Source: an uncultured Bacteroidia bacterium (lineage in GTDB: Bacteria > Bacteroidota > Bacteroidia > Palsa-948). From it: a stretch of 34,340 nucleotides of DNA. Position numbers and translations under genes: made by a program. The notes beneath the pieces were generated by a model that searched no databases, had not been told where the DNA came from, and saw only the letters and a program-made list of their open reading frames with translations. Shown in pieces: positions 10,191-18,462 of the stretch. The stretch lies in the NCBI GenBank assembly GCA_964498865.1, contig CAZCJN010000006.1, forward strand, positions 1 through 34,340. Direction: 5' to 3'. How positions within the stretch are numbered: position 1 is the stretch's first letter; each line of letters starts with the position of its first letter.

Positions 10191-10238
10191 ACTTATTACA
10201 CTCGATTGATGTAAAACAAGCGTGTGTGTGTAATAAGT
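10191..10238. promoter_or_regulatory. 11-bp perfect inverted repeat (acttattacac / gtgtaataagt, 26-nt spacer) in the divergent region upstream of the polysaccharide locus
   Basis: Read directly from the sequence: 10191-10201 is the exact reverse complement of 10228-10238. It sits about 65 bp upstream of the first locus gene. Function unknown; it could be an operator or an RNA stem. Confidence 0.25.
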
Positions 10239-10304
10239 GCTGTGTTAATTTTAAATAAGAAGTAAAAAATAGTATTAAAAACTACAAACGTTTTTTATTG
10301 CAAG

Positions 10305-11387
10305 ATGAAAACAGTGGAAGAGATATCGGTTTCAGATGATGAAACCAAACTAAGAAAGATCATTTTAGAAGATGGAGGTGAGAAGGTTCTGAATTTTATA
10401 TCGGAACAGGTGCCTTTAAATATTGATAGGACGATACTGTTGGCTTCCTCCAGCGATACTACCTATGAAATTTCAAATTCAAGCTCTTGGCAAATAAGAA
10501 CAATTATTGATTTAGGCGTAGTTAATTATAAAAACGATCTTAATACTTATTTTAAATTAGTTAATAGTACGCTTCCGGATGCTGGTATGTATATAGGTTG
10601 CGCGGAGACCATTATAGAAAGAAAAGAGAGAATCAGAAAAAAACATCCTCTGTTAGTCAATCTTATATGGATGTTTGATTTTATATTTAATAGGATTTGC
10701 TCTAAAATGTCTTTTACTAAACCACTTTATTCTTTTTTTTCTAAGGATAAATACTATGTTGCTTCAAAGGCTGAAATTCTAGGAAGACTAAGTCATGCTG
10801 GTTTTGAAATTATAGATAATGAAGTGATTAATAACTTACTTTATTTTTCTGTAATTAAAACAAGCGAACCTACTAATGATAAACAGGTTTCTGCCGGGGT
10901 ATTATTAAAAATGAGACGAATAGGAAAAGGAGGTAAGATAGTGGGTATATATAAAATACGTACAATGCATCCCTATTCTCAATATATTCAAGATTATGTC
11001 GTGAAAATGAATGGATATAATGAGGTAGGAAAACCCAATTGTGATTTTAGAATTACAAGCTGGAGTTCGATTTTAAGGAAGTTGCATTTGGATGAGCTTC
11101 CACAGCTATATAACTTGTTGAAAGGTGATTTATCCCTGGTTGGAGTGAGACCGCTTACTAAGTTTGGTTATGAATCGCTTCCTAAAGACCTTCAAGAAGA
11201 AAGGATTAAATATAAACCCGGTTGTATTCCTCCTAATGTATCGCTCGGACTTAAAGGGTTCGATGGTGTTATTCAAGCCGAACGTATATACCTCGAAGCG
11301 CGAAAACGGTATGGGGTGTTTGTTAATTTTAAGTATTTTTGGATGGCTATATATAATATGGTCAGAAAAAGAAATATGAGCGCATAA
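10305..11387 (+). CDS. polyprenyl-phosphate sugar-phosphate transferase (Bac_transf family initiating enzyme) with atypical N-terminal domain
   Basis: The C-terminal ~170 aa carries Bac_transf motifs: IYKIRTM (KFRTM), LDELPQLYNLLKGDLSLVGVRP (DELPQL...GxxSxVGPRP) and KPGCIP. The N-terminal ~190 aa has no match to the canonical short PglC-type layout. Confidence 0.8.
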   Translation: MKTVEEISVSDDETKLRKIILEDGGEKVLNFISEQVPLNIDRTILLASSSDTTYEISNSSSWQIRTIIDLGVVNYKNDLNTYFKLVNSTLPDAGMYIGCAETIIERKERIRKKHPLLVNLIWMFDFIFNRICSKMSFTKPLYSFFSKDKYYVASKAEILGRLSHAGFEIIDNEVINNLLYFSVIKTSEPTNDKQVSAGVLLKMRRIGKGGKIVGIYKIRTMHPYSQYIQDYVVKMNGYNEVGKPNCDFRITSWSSILRKLHLDELPQLYNLLKGDLSLVGVRPLTKFGYESLPKDLQEERIKYKPGCIPPNVSLGLKGFDGVIQAERIYLEARKRYGVFVNFKYFWMAIYNMVRKRNMSA

Positions 11388-11434
11388 GGCTCAATTTCAA
11401 TGTAAAACAAACGTAGAAGTATCTTTTATTAATT

Positions 11435-12202
11435 ATGATAAATCGTTTTTTCTTATTCATTCTTTTATCTGTTTTATTATATTCATGTGTACCACAGAGG
11501 AAAATTGTATATGTACAATCTCCTAAGGATACACCCGAGTTTAACCATAACTGGAGCAGCAACAAAAAGAGTATTAAAATTGATGCCTTTGATCTGTTGC
11601 ACATAAAAATTAATACTATAGATCAACCTGAATATAATTTCTTCGGACAAGAAAATACGAACGCATCTGTTACCGAGCAAAGTTTATCTATAACCTCCTA
11701 TTCAGTTGATGAGTCTGGATATGTTAGCTTACCTATAATTGGCAAAGTAAAGGTAAAAGACCTGACTCTAGAAGAGGCAGCTACCGCTATTAAAGATGCT
11801 TTAAAAAATATAATGAACAATCCGATTGTTTCCGTTCGGTTTGTTAATAATTCAATTACTATTTTAGGTGAAGTATTACGAGCGGGAACCTATGCCTATA
11901 CTACCGAACAGATTAGTATTTTTAAAGCAATAGGTCTTGCCGGCGATATTACTGAGTACGGTAATAGAAAGAATGTTGTTCTGATTCGTGAAAATGGCAA
12001 ACAAATACATAAATATTATTTAGACCTTACTAAAGACGATCTTTTTAAGTCGGAGTATTATTTTTTACAACCTAATGATGTTGTTTATATCGAGCCGTTG
12101 AAGTTACGCAGGTATGGTATGAAAGAAATTCCTTATGCATTGATTATATCAGCTATTAATGCTGCTTTTGTAGCACTTGTTTATTTTCAATTAGGAAGAT
12201 AA
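11435..12202 (+). CDS. wza: outer-membrane polysaccharide export lipoprotein (Poly_export + SLBB)
   Basis: Lipobox LLYSC. Poly_export motif (GYVSLPIIGKVKVKDLTLEEAATAIKDAL). SLBB segment (ITILGEVLRAGTYAY). C-terminal hydrophobic helix (IPYALIISAINAAFVALVYF). Confidence 0.85.
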   Translation: MINRFFLFILLSVLLYSCVPQRKIVYVQSPKDTPEFNHNWSSNKKSIKIDAFDLLHIKINTIDQPEYNFFGQENTNASVTEQSLSITSYSVDESGYVSLPIIGKVKVKDLTLEEAATAIKDALKNIMNNPIVSVRFVNNSITILGEVLRAGTYAYTTEQISIFKAIGLAGDITEYGNRKNVVLIRENGKQIHKYYLDLTKDDLFKSEYYFLQPNDVVYIEPLKLRRYGMKEIPYALIISAINAAFVALVYFQLGR

Positions 12203-12231
12203 AATCTATTTTTTATAATTCAACGATTATT

Positions 12232-14595
12232 ATGGAACAGAAACAGGAAATAGAAAGTTTTTATTATGTAAAAGTAGCCTTGCAAAAGGTAACCAAATAC
12301 TGGTATGTTTTTTTTATATCTGTAATACTGTTTTTTGGATTGGCCTTTGCTCTCAATTGGTATTCCCGTCCTATGTATGAAGTAGGTAGTGTGATTTTAA
12401 TTGATGGAAATCCTGACTCACGAGTGGCTGATCCTTCAGAAGAATTTATGAAATCATTTGCTATTTTTTCTCCTACAAGTGATATTAATAAAGAGATTCA
12501 AAAGATGAAGTCCTTAGAAATGATTTATAAAGCTCTTGAAAAGACCAATGCAAAAATAGGTTACCATGCTGTGATCAGTCAAGTAAAAAAAACAGAGTTA
12601 TACCATGATTCGCCATTTACCGTAGATATGGTAGAAAATCATTTACAACCGGTTGGAGTGTCATTTGAAATAAAACCAGAATCTCCAACACAATTTAGAT
12701 TACATGTTGAAGATGCTAAAGAGGTTGATCTGTATAATTATCTTACAAAAGAAACTCGAGGTATTGATGTTTTTTCTATAGATAAAATATATAACTATGG
12801 AGATACAGTAAAAGCTGATGAGTTTTGCTTTATTGTTACTGTTGATGCTGAGAGGCTGAAAAATTTTAAAGAAGATACAAAGTTTCTATTCGTATTTAAT
12901 AACCTGGATCAATTGAAATACCAATATAAAAACGAATTAAAAGTTGAGCAATTAGGCAAAGATATTTTAGCCATTACGGTAAAAATGAAAGTGCAGCATG
13001 TGCAAAAAGGAATTGACTTTATTAATGCACTTACAGCTGCTTATATGCAGAGAAACGTTGATAAAAAAAATTATTTAGCAGAAAAATCGATTGAATATAT
13101 CAATAGTCAGATAGGAATTATAGCCGATTCATTAACTGTGAATGAATCGGATCTGCAACAGTTCAGGTCGAGTAATAAGTTGATGGAGATAAAATCATTA
13201 TCCGACCAAACTATGAGAGGAGCTAATGAATTAGAAGGGCAGAAAGAAAAACTTGAAGCTAAAGCAAGATATTACTCCTACGTTTATAATAATCTTGATA
13301 ATGATCAGAATAATTCAAGCTTGCTGGTGCCTTCATCCATGGGGGTTGATGACCAATTGCTGACCGGTATTGTACAACAGTATATAAAATTTACCACTGA
13401 AAGGAATAATTTAATTCAGGATAAAAAAACATTAAGTCCATATTTTACAAGTTTAAATAATAAAATACAGGCTCAAAAGAAAACTCTTCTTGAAACATTA
13501 CAGTCTCAGATGACAGCTAATAATATACTGCTGGCATCAATCAGTAATCAGTTGGGAAGGGAAAACCAAAGATTGAGAGAGTTACCCAATACAGAAAGGA
13601 AACTAGTGCAGATAGAAAGAAAGCAGACATTGCATGATGATATATATAAATATATGCTCAGGAAAAAAGCAGAGGCTCAAATTGCAAAAGGTTCTAATTT
13701 ACCGGATAATGATATTATTGAGCCTGCTAAACTTACCCAGCCTACACCGGTATCACCTAATAAAATGGCAAATTACTTAGGAGCTTTAGTGCTTGGTTTT
13801 TTGTTTCCTTTTGGAATATTTGGTATAAAATCGTTATTAACTAATACTATCAGGGATGAGGAGATTCTTAAATTAATTACCGATGTGCCTTTTATAGGTG
13901 TAATACATAGAAGAAAAAATAATACTAAACAGTCTGCATTGCTTGAGTCGCCCCGATCACCTATAGCAGAATCAATAAGAACTGTTCGAACGAATGTAGA
14001 ATATGCTTTGGGAGATGAAAAAAATAAAGTCATCTTGTTTACCTCTTCAACTTCAGGAGAGGGGAAATCATTTTGTTCGTTAAACATAGCACATAGCTTT
14101 GCATTAACTAAGCGAAAAACTGTTTTGCTTGATTTTGATTTACGTAAACCCAATCAATATTTTCCATTTGAAACCAATAATAATCAAGGCATAACTTCTT
14201 TTTTAAATGGCAGTTGTATGGTAGACGATATCATTGTTTCTACCGATATTCCTAATCTTGATTTTATTCCTGTAGGTGATAGGTCGTCCGATTCATCAGA
14301 TATGATTGATTCAGATTTGACCGGTATGTTAATTAATAAGTTAAAGGAAAAATATGAGTATGTTATAATAGATACAGCTCCTATAGGATTAGTATGGGAG
14401 ACCTTCTTGCTTGCAAAGTATGCAGATATTAAAATATTTGTTGCGAGGGAAAATAAAACTTCTAAGTCCGGATTTTTGAAAACATTGACAGAGTTTCAGA
14501 ATAAGAAAATTAAGAATTTATATTGCCTGCTGAACGATGTGAGTATACCTGCTGCATTGTCAAAAAAACATTCACAGTATTTTACTAATGAATGA
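12232..14595 (+). CDS. wzc: polysaccharide co-polymerase / BY-kinase (Wzc/GumC-like chain-length regulator)
   Basis: Two TM helices flank a long coiled-coil-rich periplasmic domain. The C-terminal P-loop domain has Walker A TSGEGKS, Walker A' VLLDFDLRKP and Walker B VIIDTAPIG. Confidence 0.85.
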   Translation: MEQKQEIESFYYVKVALQKVTKYWYVFFISVILFFGLAFALNWYSRPMYEVGSVILIDGNPDSRVADPSEEFMKSFAIFSPTSDINKEIQKMKSLEMIYKALEKTNAKIGYHAVISQVKKTELYHDSPFTVDMVENHLQPVGVSFEIKPESPTQFRLHVEDAKEVDLYNYLTKETRGIDVFSIDKIYNYGDTVKADEFCFIVTVDAERLKNFKEDTKFLFVFNNLDQLKYQYKNELKVEQLGKDILAITVKMKVQHVQKGIDFINALTAAYMQRNVDKKNYLAEKSIEYINSQIGIIADSLTVNESDLQQFRSSNKLMEIKSLSDQTMRGANELEGQKEKLEAKARYYSYVYNNLDNDQNNSSLLVPSSMGVDDQLLTGIVQQYIKFTTERNNLIQDKKTLSPYFTSLNNKIQAQKKTLLETLQSQMTANNILLASISNQLGRENQRLRELPNTERKLVQIERKQTLHDDIYKYMLRKKAEAQIAKGSNLPDNDIIEPAKLTQPTPVSPNKMANYLGALVLGFLFPFGIFGIKSLLTNTIRDEEILKLITDVPFIGVIHRRKNNTKQSALLESPRSPIAESIRTVRTNVEYALGDEKNKVILFTSSTSGEGKSFCSLNIAHSFALTKRKTVLLDFDLRKPNQYFPFETNNNQGITSFLNGSCMVDDIIVSTDIPNLDFIPVGDRSSDSSDMIDSDLTGMLINKLKEKYEYVIIDTAPIGLVWETFLLAKYADIKIFVARENKTSKSGFLKTLTEFQNKKIKNLYCLLNDVSIPAALSKKHSQYFTNE

Positions 14596-14648
14596 TGGCA
14601 AAGTTTGCCGTATTTATTGATATGTTTTTGTAAAAAAAAAATATTTAT

Positions 14649-16124
14649 ATGACAATAGATAAGCTTGCTTATGCCAGACAGTTTTTGCTATCACCTCTGC
14701 CGACTAATGAATTGCCGGATTGGAAGCATACAACGATAGGTATTTATAATATTTATTCTCATCCGTTTCTTGATGTCTCAAAATCTACTAACGGAGTTAT
14801 TGAAGTAGCATTGATTGGTTTTATTGTTAATCCATATAACCCGGAACAGACGAATATGGATATATTGAATGCAATAGCAGGAGATGTATCATTGTCAAGC
14901 ATTGCAGATAAACTGTATAATTATGCAGGACGATTTGTGTTGGTTGTGAAAAATGGTGATAAGTACTATATTTTTCATGATCCTTGTGGATTGAGATCTG
15001 TTTTCTATACTAAATATGAAGAAAAGATTTTCGCTGCATCTCAACCATTGTTGTTGAAGAAGGTTATTCCGTTACAAGAAGGAGCACGATATAAAAAATT
15101 TTATGCATCGTCTTATATAAAATCAGATATTGAATATTACCTTCCTACAGGGTGCTCTTTATTTGAGGGTGTGTACCAACTTACACCTAATCATTATTTG
15201 GATTTTAATTCTTTTTCTTCTGTACGTTACTGGCCTGTTAAGCAACTGCAGAAACTAAATGTGAAAGAAGCTGCTGAAAAGATAGGTGATTTACTGAGAA
15301 AAATAATGCTTGCATTTCATAAGAGATTTAAGCTTGCCTTGCCTATAACTGCCGGTTTCGACTCCAGGGTTGTATTGAGTGCTTGTAAACCCATAGCAAA
15401 CGATATCTTTTTTTATACCTTACAATACAGGGGGCTAAAGGATGATTCAGCAGACATTAAAGTACCGAGAAAGTTGTTGTCAAAACTTGGATTAAAACAT
15501 CATGTTATAGATTGCAGGAATAATGGTGTTATTGAGCCTGCTTTTGCTGCTATTTATAAAAACAACTCAGATATTTCACACTTAAACGATTGGGGATATA
15601 TTGCTTATGGCATGAAAGGGCAAATACCTCATGATAGAGTTGTAATTAAAGGAAACTGTGCTGAAATAGCTCGATGTGCTTATTATATGTCGGGTAAGAA
15701 GGAAGAGATACAAAATGCTAATCAGATATTAAGCATGGAGCCGGGCTGGAATCAACATGAATTTATTGTGGAAAGTATTTCCAATTGGTTGAAAGATATA
15801 AAAAAAATAGAAAATAATTTTGGATACGATGTGGTGGATATGTTTTATTGGGAACAACGTCTTGGTAATTGGCAAGCCCAAAGCCAATTGGAATGGGATA
15901 TTGTTCAGGAAGCAATAACACCCTTTAATCACCGTGAGTTATTGGATATAGGTTTAGGCGTAGACAATAAATATAAATGCAAACCACATTTTTATCTTTT
16001 TCCTATGATAGCAGAATATCTTTGGAAAGAAACTCTATCGGAACCCATTAACCCACGCCCGTTTTACCATAAGTTTAAAGTATTGATGGAAATAATAGTT
16101 AAGCAGCTGACTGTAAGAAGGTAG
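14649..16124 (+). CDS. asparagine-synthase-family ATP-dependent amide ligase lacking the Cys nucleophile (degenerate glutaminase domain)
   Basis: Aligns by eye with the canonical AsnB at 25619. AGRFVLVVKNGDKYYIFHDPCGLRSVFYT...IFAASQ matches NGDFSFVIYDVQEKVFFGARDRFGVKPFYY...YFASE. The PP-loop position reads ITAGFDSR where the canonical protein has LSGGMDSS. The N-terminus is MTIDK, not MCG. Confidence 0.6.
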   Translation: MTIDKLAYARQFLLSPLPTNELPDWKHTTIGIYNIYSHPFLDVSKSTNGVIEVALIGFIVNPYNPEQTNMDILNAIAGDVSLSSIADKLYNYAGRFVLVVKNGDKYYIFHDPCGLRSVFYTKYEEKIFAASQPLLLKKVIPLQEGARYKKFYASSYIKSDIEYYLPTGCSLFEGVYQLTPNHYLDFNSFSSVRYWPVKQLQKLNVKEAAEKIGDLLRKIMLAFHKRFKLALPITAGFDSRVVLSACKPIANDIFFYTLQYRGLKDDSADIKVPRKLLSKLGLKHHVIDCRNNGVIEPAFAAIYKNNSDISHLNDWGYIAYGMKGQIPHDRVVIKGNCAEIARCAYYMSGKKEEIQNANQILSMEPGWNQHEFIVESISNWLKDIKKIENNFGYDVVDMFYWEQRLGNWQAQSQLEWDIVQEAITPFNHRELLDIGLGVDNKYKCKPHFYLFPMIAEYLWKETLSEPINPRPFYHKFKVLMEIIVKQLTVRR

Positions 16125-16179
16125 TAAGCCATAAGCTCTATTTGGCGATATTTGCACAATTAAATTTGCTTTGTTTAAC

Positions 16180-17517
16180 ATGATTTTTAAAAAATATTTT
16201 GCCAATACACATACTAGGTCAAAAAAGGCAATAAAAAATATTGCCAGCGCATTTGTAATAAAAGGTGTCAGCATTGCGATTAATCTGGCACTAGTTCCAC
16301 TTACAATAAGTTATTTAAATCCTACCAAATATGGTATTTGGCTTACTATTAGCTCAATTTTAGGATGGGTTGATTTTTTTGACATTGGACTTGGTCATGG
16401 ATTAAGAAATAAGTTAGCTGAATCAGTGGCTGAGGGAAATATGAAAAAAGCAAAAGCATATGTGAGTACGGCATATATATCGGTATCTATACTTTGTGCT
16501 TTTCTTTTCGGGATATTTTTAATTATAAATGAATTCATTGATTGGAATGCAGTGTTGAATGTTCCGGAGAATATGGATGAAGACATTAAAACAATTTCAT
16601 TTATTGTGTTTTTTATGTTCTCTATGAGATTTATACTTCAACTGATAAATAGTATATTTTTAGGATACCAGGAATCTGCAAAGGTTTCTTTTAATGTTGC
16701 ACTAGGCAACCTATTAGTTTTAATTGGTATTTTTTTAGTAACGCATTTTTCGCATTCCTCTTTGTTGTATGTTGCATTTTTGATTTCTGTAGTACCTGTG
16801 CTTGTTTTACTTGGAGTTAACATATTTTATTTTTCCACTAAGCTAAAAACGATATCTCCAAGCTTTAAAAGTTTTGATTATAATTCATTAAAAAATATAC
16901 TTCATCTTGGGGTTAAATTTTTTATTATTCAGATTAGTTTATTGATTTTATTTCAAACAAGTAATTTATTGATAAGTCGATATTTCTCTCCTGATTTGGT
17001 TACCTCTTATAATATTGCATTTAAGTATTTCGGTGTCATTACTATGGTTTTTAACATTATAATATCTCCTTACTGGTCTGCCTATACCGAAGCGTATGTT
17101 AAACAAGATTATGCATGGATGAGAAGATCACTTACGCAATTATTAAGAATATGGGGTGGGCTTTCTGTCGTGGCAGTGATCATGTTATTTGCATCTAACT
17201 TTATGTATCATTTATGGATTGGTGATAAAGTAAAAATAGATTTTTCTATTTCGTTGTTTATGATGTTCTATGTTGTACTCACATGCTTTGGAGATGTATA
17301 CATACGATTTCTGAATGGTGTAGGTAATGTACGTCCTCAGATGATCGTGAACCTTATCGGGATGGTGCTGTATATACCTATGTCTTATTTATTAGCAGTC
17401 AGATGGGGTATGGGTGTTTCTGGAATTATTTTATCAATTATCATATGCAACTCTTATGGAATTCTTATTGCACCATTTCAAGTAAGAAAAATTTTGAATA
17501 AACATTTACCGGTTTAA
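16180..17517 (+). CDS. wzx: Wzx-type oligosaccharide flippase (MOP superfamily)
   Basis: About 445 aa with roughly 12 predicted TM helices, typical polysaccharide-biosynthesis-protein composition, and a position inside the locus. The ATG at 16180 is preferred over the track's TTG at 16171. Confidence 0.75.
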   Translation: MIFKKYFANTHTRSKKAIKNIASAFVIKGVSIAINLALVPLTISYLNPTKYGIWLTISSILGWVDFFDIGLGHGLRNKLAESVAEGNMKKAKAYVSTAYISVSILCAFLFGIFLIINEFIDWNAVLNVPENMDEDIKTISFIVFFMFSMRFILQLINSIFLGYQESAKVSFNVALGNLLVLIGIFLVTHFSHSSLLYVAFLISVVPVLVLLGVNIFYFSTKLKTISPSFKSFDYNSLKNILHLGVKFFIIQISLLILFQTSNLLISRYFSPDLVTSYNIAFKYFGVITMVFNIIISPYWSAYTEAYVKQDYAWMRRSLTQLLRIWGGLSVVAVIMLFASNFMYHLWIGDKVKIDFSISLFMMFYVVLTCFGDVYIRFLNGVGNVRPQMIVNLIGMVLYIPMSYLLAVRWGMGVSGIILSIIICNSYGILIAPFQVRKILNKHLPV

Positions 17518-17537
17518 TAAATATAACTTAAGAAAAG

Positions 17538-18458
17538 ATGAACTCTCCTGATCTGTCCATTGTAATACCCACATTTAATCGTAAACAACCCTTATCTGTA
17601 TTGCTCAATCAATTTAAAAGACAAAAAATAAATGGAGTAAACTATAAAATTGTTGTTGTTGTTGACGGATCGACAGATGGTACGTTAGAGATGTTAAGCT
17701 CTGAATTTCCAGAAGTTTTTGTGGTGAAGGGAAGTGGTAATTGGTGGTTTACGAAATCAATGAATGAAGGATGTAAATACGCTGTGGAAGTTTTGAGATC
17801 CAGACTAATTCTCACTATTAATGATGATGTACAGATTCCTGAGAATTATTTGTCACAAATCATTCGTAACTATAATGAATGTGGCCCGGAAAGTATAATT
17901 GGCTCCTCGTCTTATTCAGCAACAGAGCCCAGGATGATAACTTTTTCAGGGATTAAATCGGAAAACCGCTTTAAACTTAAATACCATAAATATATTCCAT
18001 CCTATACGTATAAAAATCCTGATGACTTAAAAGGCGTTGTTCCTTCAGTTACATTACCCACACGAGGCGTTCTACTATCGGCAGAAATGATGAAAAAACT
18101 AAATTATTTAGACGAAGTTACCTTTCCTCAATACAGTTCAGATTATGATTTTGTTTTGCGTGCAGCAAAAAATGGTGCAAAAGTGTATGTTAGCTATGAT
18201 GCTTATCTTTTTGAAAACATGCAGATGACCAGTGGTGGTAATCCCCGCCTGGTAAAAAACTTTAAAAGTTACCTGCATAATATATTTTTTAATAAATACT
18301 CGACTAATTATTTCTTTAATCAAACAAATATGGTATGGAGGCATGGTATAAAATTATTGTTTCCTTATTATCTACTAGTACTAATTGCGGTTATACCATA
18401 CGTGTATATAAAATACAAATACTCTTCTTTGAATAATAAAGTAGAGGGTAAAAATTAA
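17538..18458 (+). CDS. family 2 glycosyltransferase
   Basis: GT-A N-terminus LSIVIPTFNR, VVVDGSTDGT and a DxD-like INDDV. There is a C-terminal hydrophobic helix. Confidence 0.8.
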   Translation: MNSPDLSIVIPTFNRKQPLSVLLNQFKRQKINGVNYKIVVVVDGSTDGTLEMLSSEFPEVFVVKGSGNWWFTKSMNEGCKYAVEVLRSRLILTINDDVQIPENYLSQIIRNYNECGPESIIGSSSYSATEPRMITFSGIKSENRFKLKYHKYIPSYTYKNPDDLKGVVPSVTLPTRGVLLSAEMMKKLNYLDEVTFPQYSSDYDFVLRAAKNGAKVYVSYDAYLFENMQMTSGGNPRLVKNFKSYLHNIFFNKYSTNYFFNQTNMVWRHGIKLLFPYYLLVLIAVIPYVYIKYKYSSLNNKVEGKN

Positions 18459-18462
18459 CAGC

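Noticed and set aside
10222-10231. (GT)5 dinucleotide run as a slipped-strand phase-variation tract
   Set aside because: Five units is too short to be a convincing contingency tract, and it lies outside any coding region.
10191-10238. Possibility that the inverted repeats mark an invertible (phase-variable) promoter, as in Bacteroides capsule loci
   Set aside because: The arms are only 26 nt apart, whereas a promoter-sized invertible segment is typically a couple of hundred bp. No invertase or recombinase gene is in the window.
11164-11379. Same-strand alternative-frame ORFs (11164-11379 within the sugar transferase; 27533-27751 within the AT3 gene)
   Set aside because: They are out of frame within well-supported CDSs, and I see no slippery site or other sign of programmed frameshifting.
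13773-14153. 126-aa minus-strand ORF inside wzc. Similar embedded ORFs occur at 117-308, 868-1098, 4679-4942, 6094-6282, 11362-11604, 11483-11680, 15729-15932, 16035-16274, 16395-16586, 16638-16823, 18138-18344, 18733-18975, 19026-19406, 19789-20022, 20077-20301, 22973-23209, 26459-26662, 26799-26981, 27164-27361 and 29543-29818.
   Set aside because: All are antisense to, or overlap, CDSs with strong family signatures. AT-rich genomes produce many such stop-free antisense stretches.
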